64,000 bases of DNA from a phage, in the NCBI GenBank assembly GCA_036930585.1, contig GCA_036930585.1_3066.1; one strand, written 5' to 3'. Positions 10,934 to 28,479 of this stretch are shown here, one piece after another; the first letter of the stretch is position 1; each line of letters begins with the position of its first letter. The position numbers and the translations under genes are program-made. The notes beneath the pieces are model-generated. The model was not told the origin of the DNA. It did no database searches and worked only from the letters and a program-made list of their open reading frames with translations.

Positions 10934-13900
10934 CAGTAAAAGCACCTTCAGTCACTAGTCTCAGAATTTCCAAGTTATCCGCAAATCAGGTGCAAGTACG
11001 CTGGGATGACGTTGGTGCTAATTTCTACTATTTTGTAGAAATCGCTGAGACAAAAACGAACTCGGGGGAAAATCTCCCGAGTAATCAATACAGATGGATT
11101 AACTTAGGATATACTGCAAATAACAGCTTCTTTTTTGATGATGCTGACCCATTGACATCATACATTATCAGAGTAGCTACAGCTGCGCAAGATTTTGAGC
11201 AGTCTGATTGGATTTATACCGAAGAGTTTGAAACTTTTGCTACAAATGCTTATACATTTCAAAACATGATTGAAATGCAATTAGCCAATAAATTCATTCA
11301 GGAAAAATTTACTCTTAATAATTCTGATTATGTTAATTTTAACAATGACACTATAATGGCTGCATTGATGAATGAATCATTTCAATTCAGCCCATCGTAT
11401 GTTGATGTTTCATCAATAAGTAATTTTATTATTGGTGAAAATGAGTATCATGAAATACAAGGTTCTATTCAGCAAGTATGTAAGGATATTAACCGAGTTT
11501 ATTTGATGGAATCAGAAGGGATTCTATATCTTTTTGAGCGCTATCAGCCTGTAGTTAAAGTATCCAATGATAAAGGACAAACCTGGAAAGCTGTAAAGCT
11601 CTTCAATGACCGTGTAGGATATCCTTTATCTAAGACAGTATATTACCAATCTGCAAACACAACATACGTTCTAGGATACGACAAGATTTTCTATGGCCGT
11701 AAATCGACTGACGTTAGATGGTCAGCAGATGATGTCAGATTCAGTTCGCAGGATATAACATTTGCTAAACTTGGCGACCAGTTACATTTAGGATTTGATG
11801 TAGAAATCTTTGGTACTTATGCGACTTTACCAGCGAATGTATATCGTATAGCTGAAGCCATTACTTGTACGGATGATTATATCTATGTTGTTGCCAGAGA
11901 TAAAGTTAGATATATAAAAACGAGCAATGCACCTATAGATTCTGATCCATTATCTCCAACATATTCGGAAAGGCTATTTGAATCTGATACAATGACTATA
12001 ACTGGAAATCCTAAAGCAGTATGCTATAAAATGGATTCTATTGGTGATAAAGTTTTTGCTCTTATTATCGGTGAAGTTGAAACATTAAATGCTAATCCTA
12101 GAACGTCAAAAATAATTGATTCTATTGATAAAGGAATATATGTTTTAAATCATGACACAAAAACGTGGAAAAGAGTTTTTGGCAACACTGAAGAAGAAAG
12201 AAGACGTATTCAACCTGGGTATGCGAATATGTCAACTGATGGTAAATTAGTTTCTCTATCTTCGAGTAATTTTAAATTTTTAAATGATAACGTTGTTAAT
12301 GACCCTGAAACTGTAGCAAAATATCAGTTAATCGGTGCCGTTAAATATGAATTTCCTCGTGAATGGTTAGCTGATAAGCAGTATCATATGATGGCATTTA
12401 TAGCAGATGAAAAGTCTGATTGGGAAACTTTTACGCCTCAGCCAATGAAATACTATGCAGAACCATTCTTTAACTGGTCTAAAAAGTCTAATACACGGTG
12501 CTGGATAAACAACTCTAATAGGGCTGTGGTAGTTTATGCAGATTTAAAATATACTAAAGTTATTGAAAATTTTCCAGAAACATCGCCAGATAGATTAGTT
12601 CATGAATACTGGGATGACGGCGATTGCACTATAGTAATGCCAAACGTTAAATTCACGGGATTTAAAAAATATGCGTCTGGGATGCTTTTTTATAAATCTT
12701 CTGGTGAAATAATTTCTTATTATGATTTTAACTATCGTGTGAGAGATACAGTAGAAATTATTTGGAAGCCGACTGGAGTATTTTTAAAAGCATTTTTACA
12801 AAACCAAGAGCATGAGACTCCTTGGGCACCAGAAGAAGAGCATGGATTAGCTGACCCTGATTTAAGACCATTAATTGGCACAATGATGCCTGATTCTTAT
12901 TTGTTGCAGGATTCGAATTTTGAGGCATTTTGTGAAGCATATATTCAATATCTTTCTGACGGATACGGAACTCAGTATAATAATTTACGAAATTTAATTC
13001 GTAATCAGTATCCACGAGAAGAGCATGCGTGGGAATATTTGTGGTCAGAGATATATAAAAGAAACATTTATTTAAATGCTGACAAACGTGATGCTGTTGC
13101 AAGATTTTTTGAATCACGTAGTTATGATTTTTATTCTACTAAAGGAATTGAAGCATCATACAAATTTCTTTTTAAAGTTCTTTATAATGAAGAAGTTGAA
13201 ATTGAAATTGAATCTGGAGCTGGTACTGAATATGATATAATCGTTCAATCTGATTCTTTGACTGAGGATTTAGTAGGACAAACGATTTATACAGCTACAG
13301 GAAGATGTAATGTTACTTATATAGAAAGAAGTTATTCTAATGGTAAATTGCAATGGACCGTGACTATACATAATCTTTTGGGGCGTTTAATAGCAGGGCA
13401 AGAAGTTAAAGCAGAAAGACTTCCTAGTTTTGAAGGCGAAATTATTCGTGGGGTTAAAGGAAAGGATTTGCTTCAAAATAATATAGACTATATTAATAGA
13501 AGTCGATCATATTATGTAATGAAAATTAAATCCAATTTACCTTCTTCTCGTTGGAAATCTGACGTTATTCGTTTTGTTCATCCAGTAGGATTTGGATTTA
13601 TAGCAATCACGCTTTTAACTATGTTTATTAATGTCGGTTTAACTCTTAAACACACAGAGACAATAATTAATAAATATAAAAACTACAAATGGGATTCTGG
13701 ATTGCCTACTGAATATGCTGATAGAGTAGCTAAATTAACTCCAACTGGCGAAATTGAACATGATTCAGTAACAGGAGAAGCAATTTATGAACCTGGCCCA
13801 ATGGCTGGTGTAAAATATCCTCTTCCTGATGACTATAATGCTGAAAATAATAATTCAATATTTCAAGGTCAATTGCCTTCTGAACGACGCAAGTTAATGA

Positions 13901-14028
13901 GTCCTCTATTTGACGCATCTGGAACAACATTTGCACAATTTAGGGATTTAGTTAATAAACGTCTAAAAGATAATATAGGAAATCCAAGAGACCCTGAAAA
14001 TCCAACACAGGTTAAAATAGATGAATGA
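10930..14028 (+). CDS. 7: baseplate wedge protein gp7
   Basis: 1032 aa, same as T4 gp7. Confidence 0.9.
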   Translation: MTVKAPSVTSLRISKLSANQVQVRWDDVGANFYYFVEIAETKTNSGENLPSNQYRWINLGYTANNSFFFDDADPLTSYIIRVATAAQDFEQSDWIYTEEFETFATNAYTFQNMIEMQLANKFIQEKFTLNNSDYVNFNNDTIMAALMNESFQFSPSYVDVSSISNFIIGENEYHEIQGSIQQVCKDINRVYLMESEGILYLFERYQPVVKVSNDKGQTWKAVKLFNDRVGYPLSKTVYYQSANTTYVLGYDKIFYGRKSTDVRWSADDVRFSSQDITFAKLGDQLHLGFDVEIFGTYATLPANVYRIAEAITCTDDYIYVVARDKVRYIKTSNAPIDSDPLSPTYSERLFESDTMTITGNPKAVCYKMDSIGDKVFALIIGEVETLNANPRTSKIIDSIDKGIYVLNHDTKTWKRVFGNTEEERRRIQPGYANMSTDGKLVSLSSSNFKFLNDNVVNDPETVAKYQLIGAVKYEFPREWLADKQYHMMAFIADEKSDWETFTPQPMKYYAEPFFNWSKKSNTRCWINNSNRAVVVYADLKYTKVIENFPETSPDRLVHEYWDDGDCTIVMPNVKFTGFKKYASGMLFYKSSGEIISYYDFNYRVRDTVEIIWKPTGVFLKAFLQNQEHETPWAPEEEHGLADPDLRPLIGTMMPDSYLLQDSNFEAFCEAYIQYLSDGYGTQYNNLRNLIRNQYPREEHAWEYLWSEIYKRNIYLNADKRDAVARFFESRSYDFYSTKGIEASYKFLFKVLYNEEVEIEIESGAGTEYDIIVQSDSLTEDLVGQTIYTATGRCNVTYIERSYSNGKLQWTVTIHNLLGRLIAGQEVKAERLPSFEGEIIRGVKGKDLLQNNIDYINRSRSYYVMKIKSNLPSSRWKSDVIRFVHPVGFGFIAITLLTMFINVGLTLKHTETIINKYKNYKWDSGLPTEYADRVAKLTPTGEIEHDSVTGEAIYEPGPMAGVKYPLPDDYNAENNNSIFQGQLPSERRKLMSPLFDASGTTFAQFRDLVNKRLKDNIGNPRDPENPTQVKIDE

Positions 14029-15025
14029 TTCAAGTGTTATCTATCGTGCGATAGTTACTTCAAAATTTAGAACAGAAAAAATGTTGAATTTTTATAATTC
14101 AATTGGGAGTGGTCCGGATAAAAACACTATCTTTATCACATTTGGAAGGTCAGAACCGTGGTCATCAAATGAAAATGAGGTGGGCTTTGCCCCACCTTAT
14201 CCAACCGATTCTGTATTAGGCGTAACTGACATGTGGACGCATATGATGGGAACAGTAAAAGTTCTTCCATCAATGCTTGACGCTGTTATTCCTCGCAGAG
14301 ATTGGGGAGATACTAGATATCCGGATCCATACACATTTAGAATTAACGATATTGTAGTGTGTAACTCAGCTCCTTACAACGCTACTGAATCAGGCGCAGG
14401 CTGGTTAGTATATCGTTGTTTAGATGTTCCTGATACCGGAATGTGTTCAATAGCATCTTTAACTAATAAGGATGAATGCCTCAAATTAGGCGGAAAATGG
14501 ACTCCTTCTGTTAGGTCAATGACTCCTCCTAAAGGTCGAGGAGATGCGGAAGGAACAATCGAACCTGGAGACGGATATGTTTGGGAATATCTTTTTGAGA
14601 TTCCGCCCGATGTATCTATAAATAGATGCACAAATGAATATATCGTAGTTCCTTGGCCTGAGGAATTAAAAGAAGATCCAACTAGATGGGGGTATGAAGA
14701 TAATCTCACTTGGCAACAAGATGATTTTGGATTAATTTACCGGGTTAAGGCAAATACTATCCGTTTTAAAGCATATTTAGATTCAGTTTACTTTCCTGAT
14801 GCTGCATTGCCAGGAAATAAAGGATTTAGACAAATATCAATAATCACAAATCCTCTTGAAGCTAAAGCTCATCCAAATGACCCAAATGTTAAAGCTGAAA
14901 AGGATTATTATGATCCAGAAGATTTAATGAGGCATTCGGGCGAAATGATTTATATGGAAAATAGGCCACCTATTATCATGGCAATGGATCAGACAGAAGA
15001 AATCAATATTCTGTTTACATTTTAA
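14021..15025 (+). CDS. 8: baseplate wedge protein gp8
   Basis: 334 aa, same as T4 gp8. Confidence 0.9.
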   Translation: MNDSSVIYRAIVTSKFRTEKMLNFYNSIGSGPDKNTIFITFGRSEPWSSNENEVGFAPPYPTDSVLGVTDMWTHMMGTVKVLPSMLDAVIPRRDWGDTRYPDPYTFRINDIVVCNSAPYNATESGAGWLVYRCLDVPDTGMCSIASLTNKDECLKLGGKWTPSVRSMTPPKGRGDAEGTIEPGDGYVWEYLFEIPPDVSINRCTNEYIVVPWPEELKEDPTRWGYEDNLTWQQDDFGLIYRVKANTIRFKAYLDSVYFPDAALPGNKGFRQISIITNPLEAKAHPNDPNVKAEKDYYDPEDLMRHSGEMIYMENRPPIIMAMDQTEEINILFTF

Positions 15026-15028
15026 ATT

Positions 15029-15056
15029 AAGGGAGCCCATGGGCTCCCTTTTTTCT
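15029..15056 (+). terminator. rho-independent terminator after gene 8
   Basis: hairpin gggagcccatgggctccc followed by tttttt. Confidence 0.6.
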
Positions 15057-15057
15057 T

Positions 15058-15065
15058 TATAAATA
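15058..15065 (+). promoter_or_regulatory. T4-type late promoter TATAAATA for gene 9
   Basis: tataaata about 25 nt upstream of ATG 15090. Confidence 0.55.
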
Positions 15066-15089
15066 CTATAAACTCATAAGGAAACCGCT

Positions 15090-15956
15090 ATGTTCATTCA
15101 AGAACCAAAGAAATTGATTGATACCGGCGAAATTGGTAACGCTTCTACTGGTGATATCTTATTCGACGGTGGTAATAAAATTAATAGTGATTTTAACGCA
15201 ATTTATAATGCGTTTGGCGATCAGCGTAAAATGGCAGTAGCAAATGGCACTGGAGCAGATGGTCAAATTATCCATGCTACTGGATATTATCAAAAGCACT
15301 CTATCGCGGAGTACGCAACTCCAGTGAAAGTTGGCACTAGACATGATATTGATACCTCTACTGTAGGTGTTAAAGTTATTATTGAAAGAGGAGAACTTGG
15401 CGATTGTGTTGAATTCATTAACTCTAATGGATCAATATCAGTTACTAATCCTTTAACGATTCAGGCTATTGATTCAATTAAAGGCGTTTCAGGTAATTTA
15501 GTAGTAACTAGTCCATATAGTAAAGTTACTTTACGTTGTATTTCATCTGATAATTCTACGTCGGTTTGGAATTATTCTATTGAAAGTATGTTTGGTCAAA
15601 AGGAATCACCTGCTGAAGGTACATGGAATATTTCTACATCTGGGTCAGTTGACATTCCATTGTTTCATCGTACTGAATATAACATGGCTAAATTGTTAGT
15701 TACATGCCAATCAGTAGATGGAAGAAAAATTAAAACGGCAGAAATAAATATTCTTGTAGATACTGTTAATTCAGCGGTCATTTCTTCTGAATATGCTGTC
15801 ATGCGGGTTGGAAATGAAACAGAAGAAGACGAAATCGCTAATATTGCATTTAGTATTAAAGAAAATTACGTAACGGCGACTATAAGTTCTTCAACTGTCG
15901 GTATGAGAGCAGCAGTTAAAGTTATCGCTACGCAGAAAATCGGGGTGGCTCAATAA
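15090..15956 (+). CDS. 9: baseplate wedge / long tail fiber connector gp9
   Basis: 288 aa, same as T4 gp9. Confidence 0.88.
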   Translation: MFIQEPKKLIDTGEIGNASTGDILFDGGNKINSDFNAIYNAFGDQRKMAVANGTGADGQIIHATGYYQKHSIAEYATPVKVGTRHDIDTSTVGVKVIIERGELGDCVEFINSNGSISVTNPLTIQAIDSIKGVSGNLVVTSPYSKVTLRCISSDNSTSVWNYSIESMFGQKESPAEGTWNISTSGSVDIPLFHRTEYNMAKLLVTCQSVDGRKIKTAEINILVDTVNSAVISSEYAVMRVGNETEEDEIANIAFSIKENYVTATISSSTVGMRAAVKVIATQKIGVAQ

Positions 15957-17761
15957 TGAAACAAAATATTAATATCGGTAATGTTGTAGATGATGGTACC
16001 GGTGACTACCTGCGTAAAGGTGGTATAAAAATAAATAAAAACTTTGATGAGCTTTATTATGAACTCGGTGATGGTAATGTTCCATATTCAGCCGGTGCTT
16101 GGAAAACTTATAATGCTTCATCTGGGCAAACATTAAAAGCTAAGTGGGGAAAATCATACGCTATTAATACTTCGTCTGGAAGAGTAACTTTACAACTTCC
16201 TAAAGGAACTGTTAATGATTATAATAAAGTAATTAGAGCTAGGGATGTATTTGCAACATGGAACATTAATCCAGTTACTTTAGTAGCTGCTTCTGGGGAT
16301 ACAATTAAAGGGTCGTCATCGTCAGTTGAAATTAATATTCAATTTAGTGATTTAGAGCTCGTTTATTGTGCTCCAGGACGTTGGGAATATGTCAAAAACA
16401 AACAAATTGACAAAATTATTAGTTCAGATATTAGTAATGTAGCACGTAAAGAATTTTTAGTCGAAGTTCAAGGACAAACAGACTTTTTAGATGTTTTCCG
16501 CGGAACTAGCTATAATGTTAATAACATCCGAGTAAAACACCGTGGTAATGAATTATATTACGGCGATGTATTTAGTGAAAACAGTGACTTTGGCTCTCCT
16601 GGGGAAAATGAAGGAGAATTGATTCCTCTTGATGGATTTAATATTAGGTTAAGACAGCCTTGTAATATTGGTGACACTGTTCAAATTGAAACATTTATGG
16701 ATGGTATATCACAATGGAGAAGTTCATATACAAGACGCCAAATAAAAGTATTAGATTCAAAATTAACGTCAAAAACTTCTTTAGAAGGAAGTATTTACGT
16801 TACTGATTTATCAACAATGAAATCAATTCCATTCTCTGCGTTTGGATTAATTCCTGGAGAACCTATTAATCCTAATTCTCTTGAAGTTCGTTTTAATGGA
16901 ATTTTACAACAACAAGCTGGAACAGCAGGATATCCTCTGTTTTTGTGTGAAGGTGCTAACTCAGATACGCAAGCAGGATGTATATCTCTTGGTGGTGAAT
17001 GGAAAGAATCTAACACAGATTATTCTATAGAATATGAAGATGGAAAACCTGTCAGTCTTTTATTTGATAGAAAATTTGAATCAGGTGATATAATCGTTAT
17101 AACATGGTTTAATAATGATTTAGGAACTCTTTTAGAAAAAGATGACATTATTGAATTAACTGATGACCGTTATGTTAGTAAAGGATCATCTACTGAAGTT
17201 ACTGGGGATGTAGCCTTAACAGATTTTGATAAAATCGGTTGGCCAAATGTTGAAAAAGTTGATTCTTATACTAGAACGTATAATTCAATATCATCTATTT
17301 TCGATAGCATTTATCCTGTAGGTTCAATTTATGAAAATGCTATAAACCCAAATAATCCGGTGACTTATATGGGGTTTGGTTCGTGGAAATTATTTGGTAA
17401 AGGACAAGTTTTAGTAGGATGGAATGATGATGTTACAGATCCAAACTTTGCATTAAACAATAATGATTTAGATTCTAGCGGAAATCCTTCACACACTGCC
17501 GGTGGAACAGTTGGAACAACGTCAGTAACGCTTGAAAATGCAAATCTTCCTGCGACTAAAACTGACGAAAGAGTTTTAATTGAAGATGAAAATGGATCAG
17601 TTATTATTGGAGGTTGTCAATATGACCCAGACGAAACTGGTCCTATATATACAAAATATCGTGAAGACTACGCAACAACAAACTCTTCACATACTCCTCC
17701 TACTAATATTAGTAATATTCAACCGTCTATTACTGTATACCGTTGGATAAGGATTGCATAA
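15956..17761 (+). CDS. 10: baseplate wedge / tail pin gp10
   Basis: 601 aa (T4 602). Confidence 0.88.
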   Translation: MKQNINIGNVVDDGTGDYLRKGGIKINKNFDELYYELGDGNVPYSAGAWKTYNASSGQTLKAKWGKSYAINTSSGRVTLQLPKGTVNDYNKVIRARDVFATWNINPVTLVAASGDTIKGSSSSVEINIQFSDLELVYCAPGRWEYVKNKQIDKIISSDISNVARKEFLVEVQGQTDFLDVFRGTSYNVNNIRVKHRGNELYYGDVFSENSDFGSPGENEGELIPLDGFNIRLRQPCNIGDTVQIETFMDGISQWRSSYTRRQIKVLDSKLTSKTSLEGSIYVTDLSTMKSIPFSAFGLIPGEPINPNSLEVRFNGILQQQAGTAGYPLFLCEGANSDTQAGCISLGGEWKESNTDYSIEYEDGKPVSLLFDRKFESGDIIVITWFNNDLGTLLEKDDIIELTDDRYVSKGSSTEVTGDVALTDFDKIGWPNVEKVDSYTRTYNSISSIFDSIYPVGSIYENAINPNNPVTYMGFGSWKLFGKGQVLVGWNDDVTDPNFALNNNDLDSSGNPSHTAGGTVGTTSVTLENANLPATKTDERVLIEDENGSVIIGGCQYDPDETGPIYTKYREDYATTNSSHTPPTNISNIQPSITVYRWIRIA

Positions 17762-18420
17762 TGAGTTTACTTAATAATAAAGCGGGAGTTATTTCCCGCT
17801 TAGCAGATTTTCTTGGTTTTAGAACTAAGAAAAATGATATTTCGATTATGAATAATCAGCCAGTAGGCGCTGTAACAATTTCACAAATATCAAAAGGTTT
17901 TTATGATTCAAATGTAGAATCTGCTATCAATGACGTTAGAAATATGGCAGAGCAACCGGTTGGAGCTGTATTAGTTAATATAAGCGGCGTATCTCCTACT
18001 GGCGTGCAACAAACCGACTATTGGTCATTTGAAGGAACTGTTACTGATACTTCAGTCAAATCAGGTGACCCAGTTATTGTTAACATGTTTGGTATTCCAG
18101 TTAAAGCTACTAATGGAATGACTTCAATTGAATTTACTAGTGCCGTTAGAATAGCTCTACAGGAAATGGTTGTAAAATTTATTGCAATTGATTCATTTGA
18201 AGACCATCCTACCATAGGAAATAAAATACAAGTTAAGTATTTAGATAACCAAGAACATATCTTAGAACAATACTCTGATAAAGGAATTACTTTCAAACAG
18301 GAAATAATTTCTCCTTCTAAACCTGGGTATGGAACTTGGCAATTATTAGGTGCGCAAACTGTTACGCTAGATAGTCACACACAACCTACAGTATTTTATT
18401 ATTTTGAGAGAGTAGCATGA
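17761..18420 (+). CDS. 11: baseplate wedge / short tail fiber attachment gp11
   Basis: 219 aa from ATG 17761 (TAATG overlap with gene 10); track ORF extends 6 codons upstream. Confidence 0.85.
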   Translation: MSLLNNKAGVISRLADFLGFRTKKNDISIMNNQPVGAVTISQISKGFYDSNVESAINDVRNMAEQPVGAVLVNISGVSPTGVQQTDYWSFEGTVTDTSVKSGDPVIVNMFGIPVKATNGMTSIEFTSAVRIALQEMVVKFIAIDSFEDHPTIGNKIQVKYLDNQEHILEQYSDKGITFKQEIISPSKPGYGTWQLLGAQTVTLDSHTQPTVFYYFERVA

Positions 18421-19973
18421 GTAACAATACATATCAGCACGTATCAAATGAATCAAAATATGTTAAATTCGATCCTACTGGATCGAATTTTCCTGGCACT
18501 GTTACGACAGTACAGTCTGCATTATCAAAAATAAGTAATATCGGCGTAAATGGTATTCCTGATGCAACTATGGAAGTTAAAGGAATAGCAATGATTGCGT
18601 CAGAGCAAGAGGTTTTAGATGGAACTAATAATTCTAAAATCGTTACACCAGCTACATTAGCAACAAGATTATTGTATCCAAATGCTACTGAAACTAAATA
18701 TGGTTTAACGCGTTATTCAACAAATGAAGAAACATTAAAAGGCTCAGATAATAATTCATCAATAACACCACAAAAACTGAAATACCACACTGACGATGTG
18801 TTCAAAAATAGATATTCGTCTGAGTCATCAAACGGGGTTATTAAAATATCATCTACACCTGCAGCTTTGGCTGGAGTTGATGATACTACTGCGATGACTC
18901 CGCTAAAAACCCAAAAACTTGCAATAAAATTAATTTCGCAAATAGCTCCTTCAGAAGACACTGCAACAGAATCGGTGAGAGGAGTAGTTCAATTATCTAC
19001 TGTTGCACAAATTCGTCAAGGAACTCTCCGCGAAGGATATGCAATTTCCCCGTATACCTTTATGAATTCTGTTGCAACACATGAATATAAGGGTGTTATA
19101 CGCCTAGGAACGCAGACTGAAATTAATAATAATTTGGGTGGTGTTGCAGTAACAGGTGAAACACTAAATGGTCGAGGAGCTACCGGTTCTATGCGTGGAG
19201 TAGTTAAATTAACGACGCAAGCCGGTATTGCCCCTGAAGGTGATAGCTCTGGAGCATTAGCATGGAACGCAGATGTAATTAATACTCGTGGTGGACAAAC
19301 TATTAATGGTTCTTTAAATTTAGACCATCTTACAGCAAACGGAATTTGGTCACGCGGTGGAATGTGGAAAAATGGCGATCAACCTGTTGCCACTGAAAGA
19401 TATGCGTCAGAAAGGGTTCCAGTTGGAACTATTATGATGTTTGCGGGTGATTCAGCACCTCCAGGTTGGAGTATGTGTCATGGTGGAACCGTGTCAGGTG
19501 ACCAATTTCCTGATTATAGAAACGTAGTTGGAACAAGATTTGGTGGGGATTGGAATAACCCTGGCATTCCTGATATGCGAGGTCTTTTCGTCAGAGGAGC
19601 TGGCACAGGAAGTCATATTTTAAATCAACGAGGACAAGATGGTTACGGGAAGGATAGACTTGGTGTAGGATGTGACGGAATGCATGTCGGTGGTGTTCAG
19701 GCACAACAAATATCATACCATAAACATGCTGGTGCCTGGGGGGAAAATGGAAATAACAGAGGTTATGCACCGTTTGGCGCATCTAATGGCAATGGATATT
19801 TGGGCAATGGTAGAAGCGCCGACTGGGACAACCATTTGTTCTTTACTAATGACGGATCTGAAATGGGTGGTCCTCGTGACTCGTTCGGCACGTTAAATCG
19901 TGAAGGATTAATTGGTTATGAAACTAGACCATGGAATATATCATTAAACTATATTATTAAAGTTCATTACTAA
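18417..19973 (+). CDS. 12: short tail fiber gp12
   Basis: 518 aa; N-terminus [13 protein letters not shown] as T4 gp12; C-terminal [18 protein letters not shown]. Confidence 0.9.
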   Translation: MSNNTYQHVSNESKYVKFDPTGSNFPGTVTTVQSALSKISNIGVNGIPDATMEVKGIAMIASEQEVLDGTNNSKIVTPATLATRLLYPNATETKYGLTRYSTNEETLKGSDNNSSITPQKLKYHTDDVFKNRYSSESSNGVIKISSTPAALAGVDDTTAMTPLKTQKLAIKLISQIAPSEDTATESVRGVVQLSTVAQIRQGTLREGYAISPYTFMNSVATHEYKGVIRLGTQTEINNNLGGVAVTGETLNGRGATGSMRGVVKLTTQAGIAPEGDSSGALAWNADVINTRGGQTINGSLNLDHLTANGIWSRGGMWKNGDQPVATERYASERVPVGTIMMFAGDSAPPGWSMCHGGTVSGDQFPDYRNVVGTRFGGDWNNPGIPDMRGLFVRGAGTGSHILNQRGQDGYGKDRLGVGCDGMHVGGVQAQQISYHKHAGAWGENGNNRGYAPFGASNGNGYLGNGRSADWDNHLFFTNDGSEMGGPRDSFGTLNREGLIGYETRPWNISLNYIIKVHY

Positions 19974-19982
19974 GGATTACAA

Positions 19983-21440
19983 ATGATTGAATTAAAAGAT
20001 TTACCTTTTGTTGATAGCGTTCCTGACGAAGGTCAGGAACGTATTTCATGGATTAAAAATGGTGAAGAAATACTAGGAGCTAGCACTAAGTATGGAAACG
20101 ATGGATCAATGAATAGACCAATTGTTTCCGTGTTTAAAAACGTCGAGGTTCTTGATGAAAATGTGGGAATTCTTAAAACTGCCATTGAAACATCGCAGAA
20201 AGATATTAAAACAATTCAAGGAGTTTTAGATGTATCAGGAGATATAGAAGCACTATCGCAGATCAGTGTTAATAAAAATGACATATCGAATTTAAAGACA
20301 CTTACCAGTGAACACACTGATATATTAACTGGAACTAATAATACAGTTGACAAAATTATTGCTGATATAGGTCCATTTAATGATGAAGAAAACTCTGTTT
20401 ATAGAACAATTAGAAATGATTTATTGTGGATTAAACAAGAACTAGGGCAATATTCTCACCAAGACATTAACGGTCTTCCTGTTGTTGGTAATGCTAGCAC
20501 AGGAATGAAACACAGAATAATAACAAATAGTACATTATTATCTTCACAAGGCATTCGTTTAAGTGAATTAGAAAATAAATTTACTGAATCTGACGTAGGA
20601 TCATTGACGGTTAAAGTTGGTAAATTACGCGATGAACTTGGTAATAAACCAGTAGATTTTGGGCCAAATATTTATAATAGATTAAACACCATAGATGATA
20701 AACAAACTTTAATAATTTCTGATATAGCAGAAATTAAATCTTCTATTGGATACCCAGAAAATGTTTCTATAATAACAGAAATTAATAATAACAAAAGTAG
20801 CATTGAAGCTATTAATAATGAATTAAATCAGAGTGAAGGTGTTAAACAGCGCTTAACGGCTATTGAAACTTCTATAGGTTCAGATGATATTCCTTCTAGT
20901 ATTAAAGGAAAAATTAAAAATCACACAACTTCTATTGAGTATTTAAACGGAATTGTTGGTGAAAACACTTCGTCTGGTTTAAGAGCGAATGTTTCGTGGT
21001 TAAATCAAATTGTTGGAACTGACTCCAGCGGAGGACAACCGTCTCCTTCTGGATCTCTATTAAATAGAGTTTCAGTGCTTGAAGGAGAAGTTTCAGTTTT
21101 AAACAATAATGTTCAAAATATACAAGTTGAAATAGGAAATAATAGAACAGGAATTAAAGGTCAAGTTATTGAACTTACTTCACTTATAAATGGAAATAAT
21201 CCTGACGGATCAACTGTTGAAGAACGAGGATTAACTAATTCTATAAAAACGAATGAAACCAACATTGCGGCAGTCACACATGAAGTAAATACAGCTAAAG
21301 ACAATATATCCTCTTTACAGAGCAGCGTTCAAGCTCTACAAGAAGCAGGTTATATTCCTGAAGCTCCAAAAGATGGCCAAGCTTACGTTCGTAAAGACGG
21401 CGAATGGGTACTACTTTCTACCTTTTTATCACCAGCATAA
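19983..21440 (+). CDS. wac: fibritin (whisker antigen control)
   Basis: 485 aa coiled-coil; C-terminal foldon [27 protein letters not shown]. Confidence 0.92.
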   Translation: MIELKDLPFVDSVPDEGQERISWIKNGEEILGASTKYGNDGSMNRPIVSVFKNVEVLDENVGILKTAIETSQKDIKTIQGVLDVSGDIEALSQISVNKNDISNLKTLTSEHTDILTGTNNTVDKIIADIGPFNDEENSVYRTIRNDLLWIKQELGQYSHQDINGLPVVGNASTGMKHRIITNSTLLSSQGIRLSELENKFTESDVGSLTVKVGKLRDELGNKPVDFGPNIYNRLNTIDDKQTLIISDIAEIKSSIGYPENVSIITEINNNKSSIEAINNELNQSEGVKQRLTAIETSIGSDDIPSSIKGKIKNHTTSIEYLNGIVGENTSSGLRANVSWLNQIVGTDSSGGQPSPSGSLLNRVSVLEGEVSVLNNNVQNIQVEIGNNRTGIKGQVIELTSLINGNNPDGSTVEERGLTNSIKTNETNIAAVTHEVNTAKDNISSLQSSVQALQEAGYIPEAPKDGQAYVRKDGEWVLLSTFLSPA

Positions 21441-21471
21441 CACGGGGCCGCAAGGCCCCAAAGGATTTTAA

Positions 21472-23173
<1,702 letters not shown>

Positions 23174-23214
23174 TAAATATTATAAACTAATTAAAGCCCA
23201 GATTAGGAGAAATC

Positions 23215-26355
<3,141 letters not shown>

Positions 26356-26383
26356 TATTAAAGCATATTAAAGAGGATTAAAA

Positions 26384-28363
26384 ATGACTTTATTATCTCC
26401 GGGCATTGAGCTCAAAGAAACTACGGTTCAAAGCACCGTGGTTAATAACTCTACTGGTACAGCAGCTTTGGCCGGTAAATTCCAGTGGGGTCCTGCTTTT
26501 CAGATTAAACAGGTTACAAATGAAGTAGATTTAGTTAATACTTTTGGTCAACCAACCGCTGAAACTGCTGACTATTTTATGTCTGCGATGAATTTCTTGC
26601 AGTACGGAAATGACTTACGAGTAGTTCGTGCTGTTGATAGAGATACCGCTAAAAACTCATCACCAATTGCTGGTAATATTGAATACACAATTTCTACCCC
26701 AGGTAGTAACTACGCGGTTGGAGATAAAATCACGGTCAAATATGTTTCAGACGTTATTGAAACTGAAGGTAAAATTACTGAAGTAGACGCAGATGGAAAA
26801 ATTAAGAAAATTAATATTCCTACTGCAAAAATTATCGCTAAAGCAAAAGAAGTCGGTGAATACCCGAAATTAGGTTCTAACTGGACTGCGGAAATTTCTT
26901 CATCTTCCTCTGGTTTAGCTGCAGTAATAACTCTTGGAAAAATTATTACTGATTCTGGTATTTTATTAGCTGAAATTGAAAATGCTGAAGCTGCTATGAC
27001 AGCGGTTGACTTTCAAGCAAATCTTAAAAAATACGGAATTCCAGGAGTAGTAGCTCTTTATCCAGGCGAATTAGGCGATAAAATTGAAATTGAAATCGTA
27101 TCTAAAGCTGACTATGCAAAAGGAGCTTCTGCATTACTCCCAATTTATCCAGGTGGTGGTACTCGTGCATCTACTGCCAAAGCAGTGTTTGGATATGGAC
27201 CGCAAACTGATTCACAGTACGCTATTATAGTTCGTCGCAATGATGCTATTGTTCAAAGCGTTGTTCTTTCAACTAAGCGTGGTGAAAAAGATATTTACGA
27301 TAGTAACATCTATATTGATGACTTTTTCGCAAAAGGTGGTTCAGAATATATTTTCGCAACTGCGCAAAACTGGCCAGAAGGCTTCTCTGGAATTTTAACT
27401 CTGTCTGGTGGATTATCATCAAATGCTGAAGTAACAGCAGGAGATTTAATGGAAGCCTGGGACTTCTTTGCTGACCGTGAATCTGTTGACGTTCAGTTGT
27501 TTATTGCGGGTTCTTGTGCCGGTGAATCTTTGGAAACAGCATCTACTGTCCAAAAACACGTCGTTTCAATTGGGGATGCTCGCCAGGATTGCTTAGTATT
27601 GTGCTCACCACCGCGCGAAACTGTAGTTGGAATTCCTGTAACTCGTGCAGTAGATAATTTAGTTAACTGGAGAACTGCGGCAGGTTCATATACTGATAAT
27701 AACTTTAATATTAGTTCAACCTACGCAGCAATTGATGGTAACTACAAATATCAGTATGACAAATATAATGATGTCAATCGCTGGGTTCCATTAGCAGCTG
27801 ATATTGCCGGTTTATGTGCAAGAACCGATAACGTTTCTCAGACTTGGATGTCTCCAGCTGGTTATAATCGTGGTCAGATTCTTAACGTTATTAAACTTGC
27901 TATTGAAACTCGCCAAGCTCAGCGCGACCGTTTATATCAAGAAGCTATCAACCCAGTAACTGGTACAGGTGGTGATGGTTACGTATTGTATGGTGATAAA
28001 ACAGCTACTTCTGTTCCTTCTCCATTTGATCGTATTAACGTTCGTCGTCTGTTTAATATGTTGAAAACGAATATCGGACGTAGTTCAAAATATCGTTTGT
28101 TCGAATTAAACAACGCGTTTACTCGTTCATCATTCCGCACAGAAACTGCCCAATACTTACAGGGAATTAAAGCTCTCGGTGGAATTTATGAATATCGTGT
28201 AGTTTGCGATACAACAAATAACACTCCGTCAGTAATTGATAGAAATGAGTTTGTTGCAACATTCTACATTCAACCGGCGCGCAGTATAAATTATATCCAG
28301 CTTAACTTCGTAGCAACTGCTACTGGTGCAGATTTCGATGAGTTAACTGGTCTTGCTGGTTAA
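26384..28363 (+). CDS. 18: tail sheath protein gp18
   Basis: 659 aa, same as T4. Confidence 0.93.
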   Translation: MTLLSPGIELKETTVQSTVVNNSTGTAALAGKFQWGPAFQIKQVTNEVDLVNTFGQPTAETADYFMSAMNFLQYGNDLRVVRAVDRDTAKNSSPIAGNIEYTISTPGSNYAVGDKITVKYVSDVIETEGKITEVDADGKIKKINIPTAKIIAKAKEVGEYPKLGSNWTAEISSSSSGLAAVITLGKIITDSGILLAEIENAEAAMTAVDFQANLKKYGIPGVVALYPGELGDKIEIEIVSKADYAKGASALLPIYPGGGTRASTAKAVFGYGPQTDSQYAIIVRRNDAIVQSVVLSTKRGEKDIYDSNIYIDDFFAKGGSEYIFATAQNWPEGFSGILTLSGGLSSNAEVTAGDLMEAWDFFADRESVDVQLFIAGSCAGESLETASTVQKHVVSIGDARQDCLVLCSPPRETVVGIPVTRAVDNLVNWRTAAGSYTDNNFNISSTYAAIDGNYKYQYDKYNDVNRWVPLAADIAGLCARTDNVSQTWMSPAGYNRGQILNVIKLAIETRQAQRDRLYQEAINPVTGTGGDGYVLYGDKTATSVPSPFDRINVRRLFNMLKTNIGRSSKYRLFELNNAFTRSSFRTETAQYLQGIKALGGIYEYRVVCDTTNNTPSVIDRNEFVATFYIQPARSINYIQLNFVATATGADFDELTGLAG

Positions 28364-28457
28364 TACGGTGCATTCTAAAGGCCTGTTTCGGCAGGCCATA
28401 TAAATACACTATATCCTTAATTCTTTAATTCTATATGCCCTAGGTTAAACATAGGGA

Positions 28458-28465
28458 TATAAATA
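28458..28465 (+). promoter_or_regulatory. T4-type late promoter TATAAATA for gene 19 (second copy at 28399-28406)
   Basis: tataaata about 15 nt upstream of ATG 28480. Confidence 0.55.
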
Positions 28466-28479
28466 CTACAGAGGCTAAT

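Noticed and set aside
12758-13117. 119-aa minus-strand ORF inside gene 7
   Set aside because: Fully embedded antisense in a conserved 1032-aa structural gene; no start signals.
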